Shown here in pieces: positions 8,572 to 16,483 of a stretch of 21,568 nucleotides of DNA (its first letter is position 1; every line of letters begins with the position of its first letter). This DNA is from Candidatus Caldarchaeum sp. (GTDB taxonomy: Archaea; Thermoproteota; Nitrososphaeria_A; Caldarchaeales; Caldarchaeaceae). The stretch covers positions 1 through 21,568 of the forward strand of contig JAWBKB010000024.1 in assembly GCA_038831915.1 (NCBI GenBank), written 5' to 3'. A program made the position numbers and the translations under genes. The notes beneath the pieces were generated by a model. The model was not told where the DNA came from. It ran no database searches and saw only the letters and a program-made list of their open reading frames with translations.

Positions 8572-10539
8572 TTAGTCAGATTGAAGCATCGGCGTAATCA
8601 TCTCAAAAAATTTAAGTGATTCAGGGTTGATGATCGAATCGCGGTTTGTCACTTTCCTACCGTTGATAATGTTCGACACGGCGATTTCGACTTTTTTCAT
8701 GTTAAAGGTGTATGGAATGTCGGGCGCCTCTAGAATCAGGGCCGGAACATGACGGGGTGAAGCCTTAGCCCGAAGCTCCTCTTTTATTCGTCGCTTAAGC
8801 TCCTCGGTGAGTTGATGTCCTTTAGCCATCTTGACGAATAGAATGATGCGTTGGTCTTCTTTCCAGTTTTGGCCGACGGCTAAGCTGTCCGCTATTTCGT
8901 GGAAAGATTCTACGATGGCGTATATTTCAGCTGTGCCTATTCTCACACCGGATGGCTTGAGAACCGCGTCCGACCTTCCCAAGAAAGTGATGCCACCTGT
9001 GTCGCTGTGGAAAATCACAAAATCACCATGCCGCCAAACACGTTTGTGTCGATAAAATCGGAAATACGAATCGAGATACTTATCGTTACCCGGGTCGTTT
9101 AGAAAGTAGATCGGCATAGGCGGCGCCGGCGCTTCACATACCAGCTCTCCTTCTTTGTCATAGACAGCGTTGCCGTTTTCGTCGTAGCATTTGATTTTCA
9201 TGCCAAGAGCTGGTGACTGAATTTGGCCGGCGTACACGGGCAGAACGGGCGAGCCGTTGGCAAAGGTTCCGTTGATGTCAGTGCCTCCTGAAATCGAGTT
9301 GAAGTGATGGTCTTCCTTCACGTGTTCATACACCCATTTGAAACCGTCTGGCGAAAGGACAGAACCAGTCTGTGAAATCTCTCGTAATGATGAAAGGTCA
9401 AAGTATTTCCCCGGCTCAGCTCCGGCTCCTCTGAGTGAATTGATGTAGCTCGCGCTGCAGCCGAAGATGGTGATGCGAAACTCATCTACAAGTTTCCACA
9501 TGGTTCGCCAATCCCTGTAATTCGGGTCACCATCGTAAAGCACGATTTGTGCGCCCACAGCTAGCGCTGGCATAATCCAGTTCCACATCATCCAGCTCGG
9601 CGTCGTGATGTACGTGATGGCATCATCTTTCTTCAAATCGCTATGAATGACCAAATCTTTCAGCTGGTTAACCAAGATTCCTGCCAAAGGTTGGGCCATG
9701 CATTTTGGTTTACCAGTAGTTCCAGACGAAAACATGATGTAGACAGGGATGTTAGAAGGTACCTGTGCAAAGTCAAACCAAGTTTTTGAAGGGCCTTTGA
9801 ACTCGTGGTATCCCACGCCTTTCGGAATACTTGGCTGACCGTCCGAGCTGGCATACGGTACTAAAATCACTTTTTTAATCGAGGCAACCTTTTCGACGAC
9901 CTTTTCAACTCTTTCCTGAATCGAATACTGTTTACCCTTGTAAAAATAGCCGTCTACGGTGAATAGGATCTTTGGTTGAATTTGTTCGAGTCTGTCGACC
10001 ACTGTGACTGTTCCCAGCTCGGTTCCAACGGAGGACCACGTGGCGCCGAGAGCTGTTGTTGCGAGCATCGCGACAACTGTTTCGACGGTGTTCGGCATGT
10101 AGCCCGCCACGACATCGCCATGGCCTACCCCGGCTTCACGAAGACCTTCAGCAACCGATACCGCTTCACGGAAAAGGTCAAGATACGATAATCGCCTGAC
10201 CAGTCCATCTTCTCTAACAGCCGTCAAAGCAGTTGAATGATCACGAATTTTCAGCAAATTCTCGGCAAAGTTGAGGCTGGCGCCAACGAACCATGACGCA
10301 CCCGGAAATTTTGAGAGGTCGTCAACGACTTGTGTGAAAGGCTGTGAGGCTTTGATGTCGAGAAAATTCCATGTTGCGGCCCAAAATTCGTGGAGGTGTT
10401 CAACGGACCAGTTGTATAGCTGAAAGTAAGCCTTTTCACGCAACGGGTCGATGTCAAGGCCCTCCCGTTCAGACACGAATTGAATGAATTTTGTCATGTT
10501 GGCGTTTTCGACGATGTCTTCAGATGGCTTCCACAGCAT
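8572..10539 (-). CDS. Acetoacetate--CoA ligase (acetoacetyl-CoA synthetase)
   Basis: LWKPS, LNFAENLL, YIMFSSGTTGKPKC, WMMWNW, SISGGTDI, WRHGDF, GRSDAVLKPSGVRIGTAEIY, SPRHVP and KKVE. Start is ATG 10539 or TTG 10542. Confidence 0.93.
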   Translation of the reverse strand: MLWKPSEDIVENANMTKFIQFVSEREGLDIDPLREKAYFQLYNWSVEHLHEFWAATWNFLDIKASQPFTQVVDDLSKFPGASWFVGASLNFAENLLKIRDHSTALTAVREDGLVRRLSYLDLFREAVSVAEGLREAGVGHGDVVAGYMPNTVETVVAMLATTALGATWSSVGTELGTVTVVDRLEQIQPKILFTVDGYFYKGKQYSIQERVEKVVEKVASIKKVILVPYASSDGQPSIPKGVGYHEFKGPSKTWFDFAQVPSNIPVYIMFSSGTTGKPKCMAQPLAGILVNQLKDLVIHSDLKKDDAITYITTPSWMMWNWIMPALAVGAQIVLYDGDPNYRDWRTMWKLVDEFRITIFGCSASYINSLRGAGAEPGKYFDLSSLREISQTGSVLSPDGFKWVYEHVKEDHHFNSISGGTDINGTFANGSPVLPVYAGQIQSPALGMKIKCYDENGNAVYDKEGELVCEAPAPPMPIYFLNDPGNDKYLDSYFRFYRHKRVWRHGDFVIFHSDTGGITFLGRSDAVLKPSGVRIGTAEIYAIVESFHEIADSLAVGQNWKEDQRIILFVKMAKGHQLTEELKRRIKEELRAKASPRHVPALILEAPDIPYTFNMKKVEIAVSNIINGRKVTNRDSIINPESLKFFEMITPMLQSD

Positions 10540-10585
10540 CAACGCCCCGCATAATTACACCTCGTAGCCAGCTATAAAGACTATC

Positions 10586-10597
10586 AATTTTTTAAAT
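10586..10597 (+). promoter_or_regulatory. TATA box for a leaderless gene starting at 10618
   Basis: AATTTTTTAAAT about 21-28 nt upstream of ATG 10618. A divergent CTTTATAG (minus strand, 10572-10579) may serve the ligase. Confidence 0.55.
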
Positions 10598-10617
10598 TCC
10601 CCACGCCAAAGAAGTTC

Positions 10618-11229
10618 ATGAATGAATCATTCGACCCGGCCGCAGCTGTGGTTATTGTTGCCATCATCTTTTTTAGTTTCTACGTCGTGGGTTCGACGGC
10701 AAGCCGAAAAAAGATCGCGAAAATCGGTTCTTCTATTCAACAAGCAGTTGCCGAGCTCGGCGGAAAAACAACAGCGGCTCGATTCGGCGTTTCAGCGGCC
10801 GTCCTATCTTTCAAAGGTCTGGGGAATATGGAACAATTTTCCGTCGTCGTGGGGATATCGTCGTGGGCCAACCCATTGAGCTATGTTATTTCCAGAGTCA
10901 TGAAGAAAAAAGACCTGCTGATTCTACGGGGGAAAATTTCAAAGCCGCCATCATCTTCATTTACTCTTATTCACAAAGATTCACCCGCGATGCGTTACGC
11001 AGACCGGTGGGGAACTTTCGTGGACAGAATCGACTCTTATGTTTTGTTCTCAGTCGAGGAGAACGCGCCGAAGAACTTCGTTGAACAGGTTGTTTCAGCA
11101 CTTCGTCCCCTCGACATACTATATTTGGTGTCCTTTAGCAAGGAATTGCCGCATCTACACGTCTATGCTTCGCCCTCGGAGCCGGAAAAGATAAAAACAT
11201 TACTTTCTATTCTAAAAAAGCTTATATGA
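10618..11229 (+). CDS. Hypothetical protein with an N-terminal transmembrane anchor
   Basis: 203 aa ORF filling the gap. A hydrophobic AAAVVIVAIIFFSFYVVG segment is followed by basic RKKIAK, and a TATA lies at leaderless distance. Confidence 0.8.
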   Translation: MNESFDPAAAVVIVAIIFFSFYVVGSTASRKKIAKIGSSIQQAVAELGGKTTAARFGVSAAVLSFKGLGNMEQFSVVVGISSWANPLSYVISRVMKKKDLLILRGKISKPPSSSFTLIHKDSPAMRYADRWGTFVDRIDSYVLFSVEENAPKNFVEQVVSALRPLDILYLVSFSKELPHLHVYASPSEPEKIKTLLSILKKLI

Positions 11230-11259
11230 GTTCAATATATGTTTTATCACGATTAGAAA

Positions 11260-13050
11260 ATGGTTTTCGACACACCATTCGGTTTCACGGTCGTCGGCAT
11301 TGTTGTATTTCTGTTCGCATACATGGTGTATAGCAAGATCATCGACCGAAAGGTGTGGAGCCCTGACAGGTCAAGACCAACGCCAGCCCACATGTACGCC
11401 GACGGAGTCGAATTCTTTCCAGTAGGTCGCTTCGTTCTCTACGGGTTTCAGTGGAACAGCATCGCGGCTCTGGGGCCCATAATCGGGCCGGGCACAGCGG
11501 CCCTCGCCTTCGGATGGCTACCGGCATTTCTGTGGATTTTGTTCGCGGCGCTTTTGATAGGATGGGTTCAAGACTATAGCGCGATATTTCTGTCGGTGAG
11601 GAAAGAAGGAAGGTCTTTCGGGCCGCTCGCATACGAAATGCTGGGCCCGACTCCGCGAAGGCTGCTGCTCGGTTTCCTGCTCCTGTATCTACTGCTGATT
11701 AACGCTGCGTTTCTGTTCGTTGTGGCGACAACGATGAACGCTTTTCCCGGGTCATTCTGGTCGTTGCTGGTGCTTGTCATCGCGGCGATGATAACAGGTC
11801 ATTTGCTTTTCAGACTAAAAATGAGCGTGGGCCCAGTAACCCTTCTCGCCGTGTTCCTCCAAGCGGTTGGAATCGCGTTGGGTGCGACCATTCTTTCGAA
11901 CGTGCCGCCGCCGGGAACCTTTGTCTTCACACCGCCACCGCCAGGAGTGACACCAGCAGCAAACCCATACACCTATTGGCTCGTCCCACTTGTCGCCATC
12001 CTCATTTTAGGCTCTCTACTACCCATGCCCCGTCTCATCACGCCCATGAACTACATCGCGTACTACTCGTTGATACCCGCGGTGCTTCTTCTGACCATCG
12101 GAGCCCTCGTATCTCCGCTGACTGGAGTGAAACTTCAAGTTCCTGAATTCCGCGGATGGGCCGAAGTGGTCACCGTGGGGCCTCTCTGGCCTGCGCTGTT
12201 TGTGACTATTGCATGCGGAGCGATATCTGGATGGCACAGCCTCGTCAGCACAGGACTAACATCGAAACAGATTGACGTCGAAACAGACATCAGACCCGTC
12301 GGGGCAGGAGCCATGATCACGGAAAACTTAGTGGGCCTCTCAGCTCTCGCAGCATGGTCTTCAATACCGCTTTTAACCATCGCTGGCGAAGCTTCACCCG
12401 GAAACTTCGTTCTAGGAGCAACAACGCTAACTTCTTTCCTTGTAGGCGGTGAAGCGGCCGTCCCGTTCTTACGAGTATTCTTCGCAAACTACATGGTCGG
12501 CATGGCGGTCACCATACTCACAATTCTCGGAAGGTTCTGGAGAGTAACGATGGCTGAAGTATTCGGAGGCACACCGCTTTCGATACTCGGAAATAAATTC
12601 ATCGCCTCTGTTCTCGGCTTCGTCTTTCCAATCGCCTTCGTTCTGACAGGCAGCTGGACAAACATCTGGCTGTACTTCGGTGGAACGAACCAGCTTCTCG
12701 CCGGATTCGCATTACTCATCGTTGGCCTCTTCCTTTACACACAGAGAAAATTCCATTGGTACACAACCATTCCTGGCATCTTCATGATGGTCACGACCTT
12801 GGCCGCCATCGCTTACCAGACGTCGATTTTCGCCAGAGCTCTCGCAGGTGAAAATCTAAGAGGTCTCGGACCCGGACTGCTGCACGCAACACAGAGTATT
12901 GTTCTTAACGCAGCTGGTCCTGGAGGGTTGATTGCCATCAACGCATTTTCGACGGTGGTAGGTGCATTGATGTTCGTCATCGGGCTGGCGATGACCTTGT
13001 ACTTCATCAGAGGATTCCGTAAAGCGGCGAAGGTTGAAGTTAAGGCATAA
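11260..13050 (+). CDS. cstA: Carbon starvation protein A (CstA) family peptide/pyruvate transporter
   Basis: TPAHMYADGVEFFP, SIAALGPIIGP, FGWLPAFLWI, LFVTIACGAISGWHSLVS, GAMITE and FGGTNQLLA; many TM helices; 596 aa. Confidence 0.95.
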   Translation: MVFDTPFGFTVVGIVVFLFAYMVYSKIIDRKVWSPDRSRPTPAHMYADGVEFFPVGRFVLYGFQWNSIAALGPIIGPGTAALAFGWLPAFLWILFAALLIGWVQDYSAIFLSVRKEGRSFGPLAYEMLGPTPRRLLLGFLLLYLLLINAAFLFVVATTMNAFPGSFWSLLVLVIAAMITGHLLFRLKMSVGPVTLLAVFLQAVGIALGATILSNVPPPGTFVFTPPPPGVTPAANPYTYWLVPLVAILILGSLLPMPRLITPMNYIAYYSLIPAVLLLTIGALVSPLTGVKLQVPEFRGWAEVVTVGPLWPALFVTIACGAISGWHSLVSTGLTSKQIDVETDIRPVGAGAMITENLVGLSALAAWSSIPLLTIAGEASPGNFVLGATTLTSFLVGGEAAVPFLRVFFANYMVGMAVTILTILGRFWRVTMAEVFGGTPLSILGNKFIASVLGFVFPIAFVLTGSWTNIWLYFGGTNQLLAGFALLIVGLFLYTQRKFHWYTTIPGIFMMVTTLAAIAYQTSIFARALAGENLRGLGPGLLHATQSIVLNAAGPGGLIAINAFSTVVGALMFVIGLAMTLYFIRGFRKAAKVEVKA

Positions 13051-13077
13051 ACTCTCCTCATATTTTTATCATTGCGG

Positions 13078-13095
13078 CGAAACACTTTTTAAATA
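13078..13095 (+). promoter_or_regulatory. BRE/TATA promoter for the small protein-ATPase-ATPase operon
   Basis: CGAAACAC-TTTTTAAATA ending ~20 nt upstream of ATG 13115 (leaderless spacing). Confidence 0.55.
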
Positions 13096-13114
13096 AGTTA
13101 AAGCTTGTATTTAC

Positions 13115-13396
13115 ATGTCTGAGGAACGCAAGGGCGGCGTTTTGTCGGGCATCAGGAAAGCCGTCGGGGACATGTTCTATGGGGTGGCGCTACATCAACA
13201 AGTCACTTCGGTGCTCAAAACCCGAATGTACATGGAGCATTTGTTCATACTGATGGTAATGGGTGACATGCTTGGTTTTCCAATTCTTCCACCATATTAT
13301 TCGCTTCGTCTCCTACCCTACGCGATTCCAAACGTCAAAGCCTGGAAACACCGATTTTACCGTGAAAGAGATTTCACGGACGTGATTTATGGTTGA
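13115..13396 (+). CDS. Small CstA-associated protein (resembles the cory-CC-star family but lacks the C-terminal Cys-Cys), paralog A
   Basis: 93 aa with LFILMVMGDMLGFPILPPYYSLRLLPY...W..R. It lies between cstA and an ArsA-like ATPase, the context known for this family. Confidence 0.8.
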   Translation: MSEERKGGVLSGIRKAVGDMFYGVALHQQVTSVLKTRMYMEHLFILMVMGDMLGFPILPPYYSLRLLPYAIPNVKAWKHRFYRERDFTDVIYG

Positions 13397-14376
13397 AAGG
13401 GTTTAACTCGTTTCTAGCGTCAAAACCAAATCTCAAGATGGTGATTTTCGCCGGTAAGGGAGGGTTGGGCAAAACAACATGCAGCGCCGCGTTATCCTAC
13501 GCGGTTTCGTCAAGCAAAAAGGTTCTCTGTTTCAGCACAGACCCACAAGCCTCTCTCAGCGATATTTTCGAGCAGAACATTTTCGGTAAAGGCGAAGTCG
13601 AAGTAAGGCCCAACCTTTTCGTTGTCGAAATAGATGCCGACACGAAGATTGCGCGATACATAGAAGAAATTAAACAGAAAATCCGTGACATGTATAAAAT
13701 GGAGGTTCCACCTGAAATCGAATCTTACATCGACAGCTCAGTGGCGGAACCCGCCATGTACGAATCGGCGACCTACGATGCGATGGCCGAATATCTCGCC
13801 GCGGGAAACTACGGACTATACGTTTTCGACATGCCTCCTTTCGGCCATGGAATAAGGATGATCACTATGGCTGACATCCTCAGCGCATGGGTTGAAAAGC
13901 TAACCGAGGCGCGGGAAAAAGCAAGGGAATATGATGAAATCGCGCGAAGACTTAAAGGTGAAAAACTGGTCAAAGAAGACGAAGTGTTGACGGAGCTCTA
14001 CGACATCAAGAAAAAGCTCACGACCTTCACTGACGTGATGAAGGACAGAGAAAAGGCTGCTTTCTTCATGGTTATCACGCCAGAGCGCATGTCGATCATC
14101 GACACCGAGAAAGCGTTGGAGATGTTTAAATCAGTTGGAATCGAGCTTGCAGGCATCGTTGTCAACAAAGTTCTACCGCCCGAAATGACTTCAAACCCGT
14201 CTCCTTTCATCGCAAACAAACTCAAACAACAAAAAGAATGCATGACCGAGATAATGGACAAATTCGGCAAACTCGTGATATCCATAATTCCCATGTTTCC
14301 CCGAGAACCACGAGGCATCGAAGGAATCGCCGCAGTTTCAAAACACCTGATGAGCGGAGGAATCGAATGGACATGA
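13393..14376 (+). CDS. ArsA/Get3 (TRC40)-family ATPase, intact catalytic motifs
   Basis: Deviant Walker A GKGGLGKTT, switch I STDPQASL, switch II DMPPFGH, VITPE and VVNKV. The TTG start overlaps the previous stop. Confidence 0.92.
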   Translation: MKGFNSFLASKPNLKMVIFAGKGGLGKTTCSAALSYAVSSSKKVLCFSTDPQASLSDIFEQNIFGKGEVEVRPNLFVVEIDADTKIARYIEEIKQKIRDMYKMEVPPEIESYIDSSVAEPAMYESATYDAMAEYLAAGNYGLYVFDMPPFGHGIRMITMADILSAWVEKLTEAREKAREYDEIARRLKGEKLVKEDEVLTELYDIKKKLTTFTDVMKDREKAAFFMVITPERMSIIDTEKALEMFKSVGIELAGIVVNKVLPPEMTSNPSPFIANKLKQQKECMTEIMDKFGKLVISIIPMFPREPRGIEGIAAVSKHLMSGGIEWT

Positions 14377-15365
14377 AGCAGGGCATCAACCTCGGCAAAG
14401 CAAAATACATATTCGTAGGTGGGAAAGGCGGAGTCGGAAAAACCGTTTCTGCCGGAGCACTCGCTATCGATTCCGTAAGGCAAGGTAAATCGGTTTTGCT
14501 TGCGAGCCTAAACCCAGTCCATTCCCTAAGTAGTTTGTTTATGCAAGACCTTTCCGGCGGAACCTTTAAGAAAGTCGAGGGAATACAAGGGCTGACGACG
14601 GTCGAAGTCGAGATATCAGACCTTGTTGATAGATACCGAGCGAACATGGCATCAAGACTGAAAGAGTTCTTCAAATGGGCTGAAATACCGATAAACCCCG
14701 ACCCCTTCATCCAAATCGCTACGACGAATCCCGCGTTTCAGGAATCAGCAATGTTCGACAAAGTCATGGAAATAATGGTGACGGAAGGAGAAAAGTATGA
14801 CGTGGTCGTTTTCGACACAGCCGCAGTCGCGAACGCTGTAAGGCTGATTGGGCTAAGCAAGCTCTACGGTCTGTGGCTGGCGCGGATGATACAATCTCGG
14901 AAAGAAGCACAAGAATACAGGCTGCGTCTATCAGTTCGAAAAGAAAAAATCATGGAAGAAATCAAGAAAGACCCCGTGGTCGCAGACCTCATCAACCTCT
15001 ACGAAAGATTCAACAAAACCCGCCAGTCCATCACCGACCCCGAGAAAACTCTGTTCTACTTCGTAACAACGCCTGAAAGCCTGCCCATATCAGTGGTTAG
15101 AAGATTCATTTCGATGGTACAGTCTTTCAACATTCCAGTTGGTGGCATTTTCGTGAACATGGTTCTTGACCGCGGCGACGTTGCAACAGACCCCACGGGA
15201 TATCTTTCGTCAAAATGGGAAGAGCAAAGACACTACCTCGAAATAATCGAAAGAGACCTCGGCCAGCATGTTCGAGGATTTATTCGGATGTATCCGACCG
15301 AGATCCGAGGAATCAACGCCTTGGAAAAAATCATCGACGACATTTCGCAGTTCGTGCCCGCCTAG
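14367..15365 (+). CDS. ArsA/Get3 (TRC40)-family ATPase paralog with degenerate switch motifs
   Basis: GKGGVGKTV, SLNPVHSL, FDTAAVAN, VTTPESLP and FVNMV. A GGAGG SD at 14356-14360 supports ATG 14367 (or 14373 with ATGA overlap), not the ORF-track start at 14238. Confidence 0.9.
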   Translation: MDMKQGINLGKAKYIFVGGKGGVGKTVSAGALAIDSVRQGKSVLLASLNPVHSLSSLFMQDLSGGTFKKVEGIQGLTTVEVEISDLVDRYRANMASRLKEFFKWAEIPINPDPFIQIATTNPAFQESAMFDKVMEIMVTEGEKYDVVVFDTAAVANAVRLIGLSKLYGLWLARMIQSRKEAQEYRLRLSVRKEKIMEEIKKDPVVADLINLYERFNKTRQSITDPEKTLFYFVTTPESLPISVVRRFISMVQSFNIPVGGIFVNMVLDRGDVATDPTGYLSSKWEEQRHYLEIIERDLGQHVRGFIRMYPTEIRGINALEKIIDDISQFVPA

Positions 15366-15667
15366 TGAACGGCTGGGCCTTCGTGTAACAGTTCAAGGAT
15401 GTCCACATCGCGTAAAAGTCTTTTCTTCGCTTCTTCGAGCTGCGGAAGGAAGTAGGGAATCAGCCTTATGGTGAAGTAGTTTCCAAGAACAGGTATTCCC
15501 AAAAATTCTCCCATTACGAGAGAGAAGAAAATGTCGTCGTATTTGTGCTTAAAGCTGACAACGCTTTGGTAAAGGCTGAGCATTAACGCTCCGAAAAGAA
15601 AATCTTTTACAGCTTGTTTTAGTCCGCCGGTCCTCGTCCCCACTACGGGCTCGCTTTTTTCAGCCAT
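15362..15667 (-). CDS. Small CstA-associated protein, paralog B
   Basis: 101 aa with DDIFFSLVMGEFLGIPVLGNYFTIRLIPY, aligning end to end with 13115..13396. Confidence 0.82.
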   Translation of the reverse strand: MAEKSEPVVGTRTGGLKQAVKDFLFGALMLSLYQSVVSFKHKYDDIFFSLVMGEFLGIPVLGNYFTIRLIPYFLPQLEEAKKRLLRDVDILELLHEGPAVH

Positions 15668-16050
15668 GCCTGCTCAACCGCCGACCGGAGTTTTTCCCAT
15701 TCAATTTTTCCGTCGCAAACCTTTTTACCGTCAACGACTATCGCCGGCCTTCTCAAAATTCCATGCCTTATGCTGCGGAAAAAACCAACCGGCGAAATCA
15801 AGTTAACCATTTCAACTTCGACGTTCATGTTTTTTCCGACAAAATTGTTTCTAAGAAATTTCACAATTTCCGCTGCTTTGCGGTGGTTGGCTATAATGTC
15901 GTCCGGATATTCCGTGGCTTGGGTGGAAAGCTCGCAAAATTCAGCGCCCATCGCATACATTTCCGCTGAAAGAAGGTTGTAGTGCGGGCAGTGACCGAGC
16001 GTCATTGGGTAAATTTCGTAAAGCTCCACCTTGACGGACTTCAAAACCAC
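15643..16050 (-). CDS. Hypothetical protein, probable thioredoxin-like fold (paralog 1)
   Basis: 135 aa. The C-terminal GILRRPAIVVDGKKV resembles the cis-Pro/beta motif of glutaredoxin-like proteins, and there is an N-terminal HCPHY. Confidence 0.75.
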   Translation of the reverse strand: MVLKSVKVELYEIYPMTLGHCPHYNLLSAEMYAMGAEFCELSTQATEYPDDIIANHRKAAEIVKFLRNNFVGKNMNVEVEMVNLISPVGFFRSIRHGILRRPAIVVDGKKVCDGKIEWEKLRSAVEQAWLKKASP

Positions 16051-16105
16051 CGATAATTATTTTAGTTTTAAGCTTTATTAACGTTTCCAACCATCTACTT
16101 GCTGG

Positions 16106-16483
16106 TTGCGTCAACGTGTTTACCTGGTCGGACTGTTTCCGTCTATATTTTCAGCTACGGCGCGTTACCCTCTGTTGAGCATGCGTGACTTCATCTCTCA
16201 GTTAAAAGAATATCCTCCCGAATTAACATCGAGAATGGATTTCATCAGAAATTTCGTCAAAAGGTTGACCGCTGAAGGCTTCGACGTTAAAATCGTTCAT
16301 TCTGTTTCTCCACTCGGTGTTTGGCTTTCGATGCGTTACCGGCTTAACTCCAGTTTCTACTGTATCGTAAACGGCCAGAGAATCAGGCTGGTCGGCGACC
16401 TCGACTGGCTTATTAGAGAGATTAAAGCCGCAGCACATAAGGAGAGGAGGAAATTTTTCGGAGGTTTTCGAGTGGTGAAGTAA
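16106..16483 (+). CDS. Hypothetical protein, divergent paralog of 15643..16050
   Basis: 125 aa sharing Q..EYP, V..V...SP.G...S.R and IV.G with the divergent gene. TTG start is uncertain. Confidence 0.72.
   Translation: MRQRVYLVGLFPSIFSATARYPLLSMRDFISQLKEYPPELTSRMDFIRNFVKRLTAEGFDVKIVHSVSPLGVWLSMRYRLNSSFYCIVNGQRIRLVGDLDWLIREIKAAAHKERRKFFGGFRVVK

Noticed and set aside
14238-14366. N-terminal extension of the second ATPase in the ORF track
   Set aside because: It overlaps the first ATPase by over 130 nt. The SD and homology support a start at 14367 or 14373.
13393-15365. Arsenic-resistance operon interpretation
   Set aside because: No arsB/acr3, arsC or arsR nearby, and no ArsA metalloid-binding Cys pattern. 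The context is cstA.
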